From IMG/VR virus record IMGVR_UViG_3300033153_013547, positions 186,001 through 250,000 of that record: a DNA stretch of 64,000 bases; one strand, 5' to 3'. A program made the translations under genes and the position numbers. Positions 9,800 through 20,010 of this stretch are shown here, one piece after another. How positions within the stretch are numbered: the first letter of the stretch is position 1; each line of letters begins with the position of its first letter. The notes beneath the pieces are model-generated. The model had not been told where the DNA came from, did no database searches, and saw nothing but the letters and a program-made list of their open reading frames with translations.

Positions 9800-12513
9800 T
9801 GCTTCAATCACAGATACAAAAAAGGTTTGTTCAAAAAAGATCAATATATTCTGACATCTATTTGTCTGATTATAGCACGCTTGCACGCAACTTACTTTAT
9901 AGAATATGGCAATTCAACACAGAACCAGAGGGTGGATGGGAAAATTTCATTGCACTCCCTTATTCTAGCACAAATCTTCCAGACAAAGTTATTCCTTCAA
10001 CAGATATTGTTGATCATTATTCACAAACAGAATCAATTTTAGATGTATACAGGGCTGTGCTGGATCTTGATGTAGCCATCAGGAAAATACTATCCCCCTG
10101 GGATGATACTACAAATGACTATGCCAACATATATTCACTCATAAATCTTCTTGGGGAAATTACACTAGACAAGAATATTCCAGAATCAATAGCAGATCTA
10201 ACTTCTATAATAGGACCACTCAGTTATCAAGCCAATTTTTTAGCAGATGTTATAGGTCCATTTCCCTTTGCTGAGGAAGAAGTTACAGAATATTCTTCTG
10301 ATGGATTATTTTCTGCCACAACTACCACTAAATTTATAGGAGAATCTACTACTGAAGTCAATCTTGTTATTACCATTCAAGAATTAGTGAATGGATCAAC
10401 CAGTGCTTTTGTGCCTGGAGGCACCATTAGCATTCGTCCTTATCCAACAAATGCCAATGAATTCAGGCTGAAGGGGCATGTCAATCCCAATGGTATGGAA
10501 ATTCTTGTTACCACTTCGTCTTTCAATATTGCACTGGACGAATGGGGACCTATTCCTGGCAATGGATTTGTTACTACTATAATAACATCAGACGTTCCTG
10601 GTGATTTTTCTGTAAAAGTCCCCTTTGTCACTTTGTTAGATCCTACTGTCAAAACGTTAGAAGTAATTATAGATATTGATGGCTCTGAGATTATCTTACC
10701 CATAGGACACACATGTATATCTGTCTATGACACATTTCTCAACATTGGAAACATCTATAAAAAAACAGCTTCTTCTGAATGTAAAATAGATGGTTATAAT
10801 GGCAATATTTCTCAATACTACCTACTGGAAAACATACATTCAGCACTATTTGGATCAACCACCGTTGCTTCCTATCCCCTTGTAGATATACCACTAATCG
10901 AGAAATTTAGGTTGCTAATATCTGATAAAGCCGTTGCTACTAACGGTGCCATGACATATCATAGTATTGCTGAACTGTCAGATATCAGTGAAAATTCTGG
11001 CACCCTATTTGTTTATGGAATGCTGTTTAATTTCTCATATAATAAACCAGATGAATATGGTGTTGTGTTATATCCTAGTGGTGTATATGACCCTTATAGA
11101 GACGACGTAAATGCCTCGTCTGACAAAATATCTGATAGAGGACTAATCTCAAGGGATCCTTGTTGTACCATGCATTCTTCTAATATATCATTAGGATCTG
11201 CCAACCCAAAACCAACCAATTATTCTTATGCTTATTCTAATAGAAATATAGACCAGAACGTGGGAACGGCATTGAGCTCAGATTTAGATATTGACATGCT
11301 ACTACCCATAATAGATGGATATATTGAAATAACCAATGATCTGTCTAATTTTAGTGAAGATATTGATCTTGTTTCAAAAGAATTTGCTAATACCAGGGAA
11401 GAATCAATAGCCATTGGGCAAACAGTAGGGGTTGCCAACCCAATTGGAAGTGTTTCCCCAACACTATTAGACAAAATCTCTGAATTAGAAACGTCTGTTA
11501 ATAAGGTGATTCAAATGTCAGCTGTTTCAGGTGTAACTGACAGCATAGACGATCTCTCCATTGCTGAAAGATACAGCACTCTGAAAGAACTGGCTAACAA
11601 AATTGGTGCAGCAAAATTTGGCATAACAAATGCTGACATAATGAACTTTGCTAAGTCTGACCAAACAACCAGGATACTCAAGATATTTAGGGATATATTA
11701 GGCATTCTTGCTCTCAAAGATTCAATAGATAATATAGTAAGCAACCCCAACTTCAAGGGTATAAACAACATTGCTATTGGAAGTAATGGAGGGCAGTCTT
11801 GTTTGATGGATGTTGCTACTGATGATGAGCTTCAGGGAAGTCTTAATACCAGCATAAGTCTTGGAGATTTTTTCAATGCCCATTGTGATATCTATCCAAG
11901 AACAGTTGTGCCCTATCATTTCATAGCAGGACCATTAGATAAATCTTCAGCTCAAAAAGAATATTATCAAAGCATTCAGTGGAATATAGATAGCATTGAC
12001 ATGGCTGAAACAACAGATGTTGTAACAGATATTAAACTTAGTGCCAACGGTGCTGGCAATGTTTTTACTATTATTGTTACTACTTCCATGCCAGATATGT
12101 TTAGGCAAAATCAAGGGCTTGTGGGTTTCTGGTTCAAATTAAAAGACGAATACAATTTTAGTCCACATGTACCATCAAGATATGGCTTTGATGAAGGCCC
12201 CAATCATTTTATAACCAATTATATATATGATTCCACAACAGAAAGAGGAACCATAACATATAGAGGAAGACTCACCGCCATCATGAAATATATGGGCCCA
12301 ATCACATTGATCACTTTCAATTCAGGAAAGATAAATGTGGGATGGCAGACCCACTTTGGCAACCCCGAAAGCGACAAAGATTACGGCACTTGGTCTACAT
12401 TTGGATGGATTGCTGTGAGAAATGATTTTATTGGAGCTACAAGAAATGGGCTCCAACACGTGGGTATATACACAGAAGCACCTACTGACGAGGATATGTT
12501 AGGTTATATTTAG
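9799..12513 (+). CDS. putative virion/tail-associated protein, 904 aa (paralogue B)
   Basis: TAATG coupling to the previous gene; LLYRIW...DVYRAVLDLD motif. Confidence 0.6.
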   Translation: MLQSQIQKRFVQKRSIYSDIYLSDYSTLARNLLYRIWQFNTEPEGGWENFIALPYSSTNLPDKVIPSTDIVDHYSQTESILDVYRAVLDLDVAIRKILSPWDDTTNDYANIYSLINLLGEITLDKNIPESIADLTSIIGPLSYQANFLADVIGPFPFAEEEVTEYSSDGLFSATTTTKFIGESTTEVNLVITIQELVNGSTSAFVPGGTISIRPYPTNANEFRLKGHVNPNGMEILVTTSSFNIALDEWGPIPGNGFVTTIITSDVPGDFSVKVPFVTLLDPTVKTLEVIIDIDGSEIILPIGHTCISVYDTFLNIGNIYKKTASSECKIDGYNGNISQYYLLENIHSALFGSTTVASYPLVDIPLIEKFRLLISDKAVATNGAMTYHSIAELSDISENSGTLFVYGMLFNFSYNKPDEYGVVLYPSGVYDPYRDDVNASSDKISDRGLISRDPCCTMHSSNISLGSANPKPTNYSYAYSNRNIDQNVGTALSSDLDIDMLLPIIDGYIEITNDLSNFSEDIDLVSKEFANTREESIAIGQTVGVANPIGSVSPTLLDKISELETSVNKVIQMSAVSGVTDSIDDLSIAERYSTLKELANKIGAAKFGITNADIMNFAKSDQTTRILKIFRDILGILALKDSIDNIVSNPNFKGINNIAIGSNGGQSCLMDVATDDELQGSLNTSISLGDFFNAHCDIYPRTVVPYHFIAGPLDKSSAQKEYYQSIQWNIDSIDMAETTDVVTDIKLSANGAGNVFTIIVTTSMPDMFRQNQGLVGFWFKLKDEYNFSPHVPSRYGFDEGPNHFITNYIYDSTTERGTITYRGRLTAIMKYMGPITLITFNSGKINVGWQTHFGNPESDKDYGTWSTFGWIAVRNDFIGATRNGLQHVGIYTEAPTDEDMLGYI

Positions 12514-15500
12514 TGATGACATTTAACAATACAACTTTTATCAGATCTTATGATGAGTGGAAATCTGACATAGCATGGTCACACTCAGATTACACTGATC
12601 TCACTCCAGACATATTCAGCACCAAGGTGCATTTATATTCATCAGATCTCAGAGATGCTATCATTGCCAGGCTGGGAGCAGAATATGCAGTTAGCAATCA
12701 TACATATAATCCTGATACAGATGATATAAAATACTACAAAAGAATCATGCCCAACACTGTCATTTATGCTAGACATGTGACAGATGGTATTAAGGCTATT
12801 TTGGATATAGATTCTAATGTTATAGCAGCCTCTGATACACTTGATCAATTGTGGGATTATACTGGTCTACTTGGTCAAGACACAATTTCTTATGTTTTAG
12901 TTTCTCAAGTGCTGGCTAATCTAAAAACAATCCATGATGTTTGTTTTTCATATAACTTTAATCTTTACAATGAATCATATCAGACGTTGTTCAATGCCAC
13001 AACAGAACAATACCGTCAACTGGGTTCTCTTTTCAACATTTTCTTTGGACATGATTATGGATCATATACAGATGCCACAACTGATTCATTGCCAATAGCA
13101 ATGCTTCCTCGTTGTGACTATGCTTTCCCATATATGCTGAATATCAATAGGTCTTTATTTGGTGATCATTCATTTGTCAATGAAGAAACAAGAAAAACAC
13201 TGAATATCAGCAACATATTTGGAAACATCAAATCCATATATCTCAATTATTATAGAGATCTTCTTACCCTTGACAACTATAAACATTCTCTATATGATAC
13301 AATCAGACTACTCATAATTGGATCAGCATTATCTGGCTCAACCCTAACTGGAGTAGGAAGATTATATCATAATAAACTAAGCCCCTATGCATATTTCAAT
13401 GTCAATAACTACACTTTCAAAGACAAAAGTTATTCCTACACTCCAGGAGTAACTGCTAACGTGTTGTATGCTGGAGACAATCTTTCCATATCTGACAAAT
13501 TGTGTTATATGGACGAATATTATGATGGAATGTATCTAACTGGCACGGACAATGCCTCAAGCATGGCCACATCAATGGGACACATTGTTATAGATAGATT
13601 TATTGGCTGGCGTTTTGATTCTGATAACACTTCATTTGTCAATAATCCTACAATTCATGTTTCAAAAGTTCATGACAATCATCCAAAAATTGAGATTATA
13701 CAAACATCTTCTTCTGATTACAGTACATCAGAACTGAAGAATATTTGTGAGAGAATCTTGGATGATTCCGTTTTTGATAGTGATAAAATTGTATTTCACA
13801 ATGCTTCCATTATAGATTACAGACTTTACTCCCGATTCAATCTAAAATACTTCTTTCCTTCTTCCACAGGAATCAAGACGGTTGTAAACATAGAAGAAAT
13901 GATGTTTTCCACTGGCGGTGCAGATATCAATATAGGAAGCACAGGATCTTATGGTACGGAAGATGATCAACTTGGTAGAAGTTTTGATTATAATACAAGA
14001 TATAGCCTGTATCCTTCATCACTAATTGATGTCTTTAACAATCTTAGTAAAATCAACAAGGTATATTTAGCAGATGGAACATTCTACACTAATAGCAACA
14101 ATACTGATCCAGAATACTTGAAATTTCCTATTCCTTTTGGCACAGTCGATGCAGAAGGCGGAAATATTAAAATAGATGAGGGAAATTTAGACCCCCTTGG
14201 TTGTTGCAATGATGATTTAGTAGGAATGTATGATGAAATAACTTACACAACCACGGCGTCTCCTCCTACCATTCATAAAATTTTCAAATCATCCAGAAGT
14301 ACAGCGGCTGATTATTCAAATTCTGATAGTCATTATTGCACTCTCGAAATTAGGCCAGATGTTGACAGTATAGAATCCATATCACAATCTAATATTTTTT
14401 ACAATGGCATCAGTCATGGTGATCTTGGTTTCCTTGATAGTAAATATTCTTATAACAACAACTATCCAGCAGCCATGGTGCTTGATGATGGATCAATCAA
14501 GGTATGTTTTTATGGAGAAATACATCCCAATGGATTTGGAACATATCCTTATTATCTTGGCCTATTCCAAATAAGGTTTTATAGAAGGCCTACATATAGT
14601 TCTACTCACTCAACAACTTTGGATCCCCTGTTCATAAATACCATCAATGCCAATGCAACTGCTGGTAAAACAGACAAGCTTATTAGATCAGCCAAGGTGC
14701 TTGCAGATGAGGTTGGTAGCACAAGTGGGGATCAATTAGCAGGTAGTATCAAAAAATTAGAAACATTTGTCAACACTTTGTTATCTAAATCAATACCACC
14801 AGGTAGCACAGCTAAACCTGCTTTGGCAACCCAAAATGACTTTACCTTGACCAACAGCAATGATTCACAAAAAACATTTGTGTCTGACAATCCTATAATA
14901 TATTATGGAATACAGAGAATTGATGGTACTGTTGCTGGCAATGAGGATAATATAGGTGATCCAATGCTTGAATATATGTGTGGAGGGTTTGGTGGATTTG
15001 AGATGGGGGATCTTAGCACATATAAAGACAACATGGTTGTTTGGCACAATGGACAGACCTATAATATTGCCAGCATTGTTGGTGGGCTAATAACTTTAGA
15101 GGCAGGAGAAGACCCAGCCATTCCTTTGGGTGATCCATATGTCATTAAGTGGAGAAATAGTGATATAAGTGAGATTTCTAAACTCAATGCAATCTTTGGT
15201 GGATCTGATGAGTTTGTAGGTAGTATAGGATATTTCCCCAAACACGACCATGCTCGTTTATTGTCAGAACTACGTATACGTTTAGATCAAGCCAAAAATC
15301 ACAAGATATTTGAAGCATACAATAGTATCAATGCACCTATTGCTATATCTGGAGAATTTGGAATTAGTATTGGTGGATCAGGAGAAGTAATAATACCAAA
15401 CTCTTCTGGTTGGACAGATGCCCCTGCTGTTATGTGTGCAGGGACTTCTTTCAGAAATCCGGGTAACAATGATTATAGTAAGGGTGATGGACCACCAATG

Positions 15501-15656
15501 ACCCTGGATTATAGTGTTATTCGCGGTAGTACTGCCATCACTGACAACTGGAAAATTGCTTGGACACATACGGGCAACTTTACATCACTAATGACGGTTT
15601 CATATCTTGCCGTCAGATCATATCTCATTTCACCTTCAATTTATACCGCAGGATAG
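12513..15656 (+). CDS. putative virion/tail-associated protein, 1047 aa (paralogue C)
   Basis: Coupled to the previous stop; DGIKAILDID motif; C-terminal WTDAPAVMC...VSYLAVR resembles a lectin-like/fibre tip domain. Confidence 0.6.
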   Translation: MMTFNNTTFIRSYDEWKSDIAWSHSDYTDLTPDIFSTKVHLYSSDLRDAIIARLGAEYAVSNHTYNPDTDDIKYYKRIMPNTVIYARHVTDGIKAILDIDSNVIAASDTLDQLWDYTGLLGQDTISYVLVSQVLANLKTIHDVCFSYNFNLYNESYQTLFNATTEQYRQLGSLFNIFFGHDYGSYTDATTDSLPIAMLPRCDYAFPYMLNINRSLFGDHSFVNEETRKTLNISNIFGNIKSIYLNYYRDLLTLDNYKHSLYDTIRLLIIGSALSGSTLTGVGRLYHNKLSPYAYFNVNNYTFKDKSYSYTPGVTANVLYAGDNLSISDKLCYMDEYYDGMYLTGTDNASSMATSMGHIVIDRFIGWRFDSDNTSFVNNPTIHVSKVHDNHPKIEIIQTSSSDYSTSELKNICERILDDSVFDSDKIVFHNASIIDYRLYSRFNLKYFFPSSTGIKTVVNIEEMMFSTGGADINIGSTGSYGTEDDQLGRSFDYNTRYSLYPSSLIDVFNNLSKINKVYLADGTFYTNSNNTDPEYLKFPIPFGTVDAEGGNIKIDEGNLDPLGCCNDDLVGMYDEITYTTTASPPTIHKIFKSSRSTAADYSNSDSHYCTLEIRPDVDSIESISQSNIFYNGISHGDLGFLDSKYSYNNNYPAAMVLDDGSIKVCFYGEIHPNGFGTYPYYLGLFQIRFYRRPTYSSTHSTTLDPLFINTINANATAGKTDKLIRSAKVLADEVGSTSGDQLAGSIKKLETFVNTLLSKSIPPGSTAKPALATQNDFTLTNSNDSQKTFVSDNPIIYYGIQRIDGTVAGNEDNIGDPMLEYMCGGFGGFEMGDLSTYKDNMVVWHNGQTYNIASIVGGLITLEAGEDPAIPLGDPYVIKWRNSDISEISKLNAIFGGSDEFVGSIGYFPKHDHARLLSELRIRLDQAKNHKIFEAYNSINAPIAISGEFGISIGGSGEVIIPNSSGWTDAPAVMCAGTSFRNPGNNDYSKGDGPPMTLDYSVIRGSTAITDNWKIAWTHTGNFTSLMTVSYLAVRSYLISPSIYTAG

Positions 15657-15837
15657 GCAAAAAGCAATAATTTACATTTTTTTGGGTATAATATACTGTG
15701 ATTCGAAAAATTATTTCAATAATTGGTATTCTCTTCTCAATATATTGTCTGTATCAATATATCAAGAAACACAAAGTCAATCCTGCTGTTCTACATACCT
15801 ACAAATTGCTAAGCAATGGGCTACGCTTAGCTATGTC

Positions 15838-16428
15838 ATGTGGGGTGAAGATGTAAATTTGACTGATAATTATATCTATGGCATTGATCCATCTATACAC
15901 AACACTGGTTTCTGTATAAGCTTGCTGGACAAGTCATCTATAATTTTTGCTACTAACATTGTGGGTACTCATGATAATTACTATGACAATGCTATCAAGA
16001 TCACCAATGTTATTGGTGATTATGTAAAAAAATATCCTCCTAAATATGCTATCATTGAGTCAGTATATTCTGGTTTCAATGCCCAAACAACAATAAAATT
16101 ATCTATGTTAAGAGGTATGCTATGTTATGTGCTAAATAGCCGTGCTAAATGCAATGTTTACACTGGATATCTCTCTACTGCCAAACATTTACTAGGCATA
16201 AAAAAAGAAACAGATTTACTATTTCCTCACATGTGGTCAGGTCCAAGGATCAAAAAATTCAATAATAAACCATCTATAAAAGACACAAAAATAGCATCTC
16301 ATAATTATATCTTTCACAATAAAGTGTGGGATAAACCAATAGATGACAACATATCTGATGCAATCATTCTTGCTCATACTTTTCAGAAATATCCCAATGG
16401 ATTTTCCAGTATAAAGGATTTTGTATAG
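15838..16428 (+). CDS. ruvC: RuvC-like Holliday junction resolvase
   Basis: RuvC catalytic motifs YGIDPSIHNTG, AIIES and DDNISDAIILA. True start is probably ATG 15838 or TTG 15859 rather than 15607. Confidence 0.8.
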   Translation: MWGEDVNLTDNYIYGIDPSIHNTGFCISLLDKSSIIFATNIVGTHDNYYDNAIKITNVIGDYVKKYPPKYAIIESVYSGFNAQTTIKLSMLRGMLCYVLNSRAKCNVYTGYLSTAKHLLGIKKETDLLFPHMWSGPRIKKFNNKPSIKDTKIASHNYIFHNKVWDKPIDDNISDAIILAHTFQKYPNGFSSIKDFV

Positions 16429-17209
16429 CATGGCAACAAAAAAGGCAAGAAAAAAAAGAAAGATCTCTGATGCCCAGAAACAAAAAGAAGCAAGAATCAC
16501 AGAATTAGTGATTGAGTACCAGAATGGTAGTGTTGCATCTGATGAATTATTGGATTACTACAACAACTTGTTTAATGCCTATAAATCTTTACTTAAAGAT
16601 GGGAATTACAGGGTCAATAGCAAAAGTGTGACGGAATTTGTCAAATTATTCATGGGAGACAAGGTATCACGTCGAAAAACAAAAAGATACAAGGTTTATA
16701 GTGAATTTTACAACACAGTAAATCATATAAGATATTATATGCAGGATCTTGATGCCAAAGACATAGAACATGAGCTCAAAGTCATATTTCTAACTCTTGC
16801 TAAAAATTGGAAGAAGATGGAGGGAATCGTATTTACAGGATACATAAATGGATTATTTCACTACTATGTCAAGGACTGGGTTAAACGCCACATGACTGGC
16901 GTTCCTAAAGACAAAGATCAAGAAGACATTAATTCTCTCACAAACGTCGTTGCTGATCATGAAGATCCTGCTGATATTGTTATTTCTGACGATATTGACG
17001 AAGACTGGGTTGTAGGACTTACTTGTAAATGGCCATGGACAGAACTAACCAAAGAAGAAAGAGAAGATGTTGTCCTACTTTGGCAAAAAAAGCTCAATCG
17101 TAAAGAATATGCCTATCTCAAGTGTATGAGGCAGTTGGCAGATGTTAGTACAAGAAAAAAACAGATCAAAGACAAGATCAGAACAATTATTAACAAAGGA
17201 AAACAATGA
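16421..17209 (+). CDS. phage sigma-70-like RNA polymerase sigma factor
   Basis: Region-2-like LVIEYQNG...ELLDYY and DIEHELKVIFLTLAKNW...FTGYI; region-4-like ELTKEERE...RKEYAYL. Confidence 0.55.
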   Translation: MYSMATKKARKKRKISDAQKQKEARITELVIEYQNGSVASDELLDYYNNLFNAYKSLLKDGNYRVNSKSVTEFVKLFMGDKVSRRKTKRYKVYSEFYNTVNHIRYYMQDLDAKDIEHELKVIFLTLAKNWKKMEGIVFTGYINGLFHYYVKDWVKRHMTGVPKDKDQEDINSLTNVVADHEDPADIVISDDIDEDWVVGLTCKWPWTELTKEEREDVVLLWQKKLNRKEYAYLKCMRQLADVSTRKKQIKDKIRTIINKGKQ

Positions 17210-17469
17210 TTGACATAAACAAAGTAAAAATGATCAAGAACAAAGTGTTGATAAAGAAAAATGCCCTGGAAGACATTGTACTAAACTCAGGTATTATTAT
17301 TACTAAAGGAGTTCAACAAAGAACCAACAATGGTGTGGTTTTGAGTGTTGGACCAAAGGCAAAATCTGTCAATGTGGGAGACCATGTATGCTTTGTGAAT
17401 TTGATCTGGGATATAAGTGCTGATTATGTTGTTGTGCTAGACAAAGATGTTATTTTGAAATGGAGTTAG
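17206..17469 (+). CDS. groES: GroES/Cpn10 co-chaperonin (copy 1)
   Basis: NKVLIK...NSGIII...GVVLSVGP...VNVGDHV...VVVLDKDVI. Confidence 0.85.
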   Translation: MIDINKVKMIKNKVLIKKNALEDIVLNSGIIITKGVQQRTNNGVVLSVGPKAKSVNVGDHVCFVNLIWDISADYVVVLDKDVILKWS

Positions 17470-18455
17470 CCCCACATCTCCAAAAAATCATTTTTTAGAT
17501 TTAGCTCTTCTCCTAATATTCCATCCATATAAGGTATAATCTGATCTATAGCATCAGATACAGCCTGTTTGACATTCTTTGTTTCAGTCATTTTTACTTT
17601 GAGACCTGTAACCAATGCTTGGGTGATAGGATGAAGAACTTCCTCCTGCTTATCAAATGTCAACGAGTAATTCATCGCATACGCGGCGTTCGATGCGACT
17701 TCAAATATATCGTCAGGATCAGGTAAATCAATTTTCCCATAGGCACTTCGTAACACCGAAACAGATAAAATGCAATCACATTCAATATCTGCATAATGCA
17801 TAAAATTACTCACACTACCATCTGGAACTAATTCCAAGGTTCCGCCATCTATAAATTTACGTGTTCCAATATCCATTGGTCTAAATACACATGGAATAGC
17901 ACTCGACGCTCGCACAAGATCAGATAGTCTCAAGGTAGGTTCGTAAACAAAATTCCACTTGTTCTCCTTGATTACCTCTTGGCTCACAAACTGAAAATCA
18001 TATGGAGGAACACCATCAATAGCTGCTGTGGTAATTAATAATGGGAGATCTACATCTATCATGAGCTTTTTGTTATAAAGTTTTTCTAAAGCTTTATGAA
18101 GGGCAGTCCCTCTCAATAAACCTGTGAAATCAGAATTCTTTCTAAACTTACCCAATATTGGTAGCCTATCTAAAATATATTGTGTAAGATCTTGATCAAG
18201 AATATTTTTCTTCTTGAATTTAGAAATAGCGTCAATCATTTGTTTAATAACAAAGGGATCTTCTAAGACTTTTTTATGATTGAGGGCAATATGAGCTGCT
18301 GCTATAGCCCCTCCAGAGGCTCCTGCAACAGCCACCAACTCTACTTTATCTTTCAGAAGATTACTAAGAATATAATAAGCACCTATACCTGCAGCATAGC
18401 TTTTTAGAGAACATACAGAAATTGATAATGCAATTTTTTTTCTACTCATTGGCAA
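17466..18455 (-). CDS. patatin-like phospholipase
   Basis: GASGG nucleophile elbow, ASSAIPCVFRP and catalytic DGG motif. Confidence 0.85.
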   Translation of the reverse strand: MPMSRKKIALSISVCSLKSYAAGIGAYYILSNLLKDKVELVAVAGASGGAIAAAHIALNHKKVLEDPFVIKQMIDAISKFKKKNILDQDLTQYILDRLPILGKFRKNSDFTGLLRGTALHKALEKLYNKKLMIDVDLPLLITTAAIDGVPPYDFQFVSQEVIKENKWNFVYEPTLRLSDLVRASSAIPCVFRPMDIGTRKFIDGGTLELVPDGSVSNFMHYADIECDCILSVSVLRSAYGKIDLPDPDDIFEVASNAAYAMNYSLTFDKQEEVLHPITQALVTGLKVKMTETKNVKQAVSDAIDQIIPYMDGILGEELNLKNDFLEMWG

Positions 18456-18468
18456 TTATGTTCTCCCT

Positions 18469-18726
18469 TTAATTTGTGTTGCCATTTTTCTTGATAAGAC
18501 TAAGAAAACCAGGAAATTTATACAGGTTTGCTGAGGAAATCACACCCAAAGTCAAAATATACAAATAGGGATCAGCAGAAATTTGTATTAGCTCAGGATA
18601 CCAAATAATCATTATTTTACTAGCCCAAGACAAAATAATATTTAGGGCTAGCAAACTAAATGAAGCTATGATCAATGACATATGCAATGCACTAATTTTA
18701 TCTGATCCTCTGCGTCTTTCTGTCAT
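18469..18726 (-). CDS. putative holin (2 TM helices)
   Basis: Charged N-terminus MTERRRGSD, two hydrophobic segments, basic C-tail; lies downstream of the endolysin. Confidence 0.5.
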   Translation of the reverse strand: MTERRRGSDKISALHMSLIIASFSLLALNIILSWASKIMIIWYPELIQISADPYLYILTLGVISSANLYKFPGFLSLIKKNGNTN

Positions 18727-18814
18727 GTTTTTGTTCCTTCTGTGTGTTGCTTATAGTAATTTGGCACACATCACTGATCCATAGGTTGGATCCGTATAAT
18801 TCACTGTTTTGTTT

Positions 18815-18892
18815 TTAGCCAGCACTAAGAGTTGCTACTGCAGCTGCTCCCAAAATAATTGCCATTATTGTATAAAGAATCAATTCAAGCAT
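18815..18892 (-). CDS. 25-aa single-TM micro-peptide MLELILYTIMAIILGAAAVATLSAG (not in ORF track)
   Basis: Hand translation; GGTGA RBS-like sequence; clear paralogue of 19902-19976. Confidence 0.6.
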   Translation of the reverse strand: MLELILYTIMAIILGAAAVATLSAG

Positions 18893-18907
18893 CGTTATCA
18901 CCATTTT

Positions 18908-19660
18908 TCAATAAGTCAGTATACCATACAAACTACTAATTTTTCTTTCTCTAATATAAACTCCTCCACCTTCTCTTGATCCTGATGGATTAGTATTCCC
19001 TTCAATAGTTACTACATAACCTGGTCTATCAGATAATCGAACGATAAATCCAATATGTCCAACTCTCTTCAGTTTTTTATAATATAACAAAAAACATGCC
19101 CCTGGCTTGATCAATTTCCAATCAGCAAGCAAAGAATTGACAGGCAACCATGTTTTAGATTTCTTAGCTGCATTTAACCAACTTGGAGTGTATCCTTTAT
19201 ATGCTGTGGGAATTTTTATAGGAGAGGATTTGCCCAAGGTTGCTGCAGCTTCTGCAATACACCACCATGTAAAGGCAGCACACCATGGTTGAGGAGAATC
19301 ATAGCCAGCAGATTTCAAATATTTCTTTACTGGTCCCCAATTGCTATTTTTAGGCACTTCTCTAACACCATTTTCTTCAAGAGCTATTTCCAGTGCCTTT
19401 TTCATCATACCTTTAGGTTTAGCAGTATTCCATCCTGGTACTTGAGAATTGTTGAGAGCCCACCAAGTTGCTGGTCCAACTATTCCATCTATTTCCAGTG
19501 GAAGATCATCTGGTCCATCACACTTGGCTTGAAAATCTAATACAGATTCCAGTGTTTTAGGACCAAATATACCATCTACTACAATCTTGAAACCAACTGA
19601 TTTCAATAGACGTTGTAGTTTTTTTACAGGTGCACCCTTAGTACCAATTGTGATCCACAT
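18908..19660 (-). CDS. endolysin: PG_binding_1 domain plus CHAP domain
   Basis: VKKLQRLL...VDGIFGPKT...DGIVGPATW (PG binding); PWCAAF, GHIGFI, TIEGNT (CHAP Cys/His); GGAGGA RBS. Confidence 0.9.
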   Translation of the reverse strand: MWITIGTKGAPVKKLQRLLKSVGFKIVVDGIFGPKTLESVLDFQAKCDGPDDLPLEIDGIVGPATWWALNNSQVPGWNTAKPKGMMKKALEIALEENGVREVPKNSNWGPVKKYLKSAGYDSPQPWCAAFTWWCIAEAAATLGKSSPIKIPTAYKGYTPSWLNAAKKSKTWLPVNSLLADWKLIKPGACFLLYYKKLKRVGHIGFIVRLSDRPGYVVTIEGNTNPSGSREGGGVYIRERKISSLYGILTY

Positions 19661-19725
19661 TGTGTCCTCCAGTAATCATATATTTATTAGTTTGTTTTTT
19701 ACTATTTTTTTCATTTATATGCTAC

Positions 19726-19842
19726 TTATTTGTTGTCTTCTTCCTTCTTCCTAACAAAAGCCCCAATCAAAGACCAGAAGACAGTTCTAAGTCCTTTCCA
19801 AATTGATTTACGAATTATTGTCCAGTTAATTTTCTTACTCAT
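19726..19842 (-). CDS. 38-aa cationic amphipathic peptide MSKKINWTIIRKSIWKGLRTVFWSLIGAFVRKKEEDNK (not in ORF track)
   Basis: Hand translation; strong GGAGGA RBS; immediately upstream of the endolysin. Confidence 0.6.
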   Translation of the reverse strand: MSKKINWTIIRKSIWKGLRTVFWSLIGAFVRKKEEDNK

Positions 19843-19901
19843 TGTTGTTATCCTCCAGTGGCCCTTCTGTTTTTCATTGTTGTTCCTCTTTTGTTGTTGT
19901 G

Positions 19902-19976
19902 TTAGGCAAAGGTGGCTACAGCTGCAATACCCAAAACAACTGCAAGCACTGTTGCAATAATTAGGTCAAAAAACAT
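19902..19976 (-). CDS. 24-aa single-TM micro-peptide MFFDLIIATVLAVVLGIAAVATFA (not in ORF track)
   Basis: Hand translation; GAGGTG RBS; paralogue of 18815-18892. Confidence 0.6.
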   Translation of the reverse strand: MFFDLIIATVLAVVLGIAAVATFA

Positions 19977-20010
19977 TTTCTGCACCTCATTTTTATTATT
20001 ATCCACATAA

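Noticed and set aside
15657-15837. AT-rich gap with small inverted repeats (CAATATATTG; GCTAAGC/GCTTAGC) as origin, ncRNA or CRISPR
   Set aside because: No iterons or repeat-spacer periodicity and only short stems; most likely a promoter region for ruvC.
19999-20007. Perfect DnaA box TTATCCACA
   Set aside because: Single copy in a short AT-rich gap; no cluster suggesting an origin.
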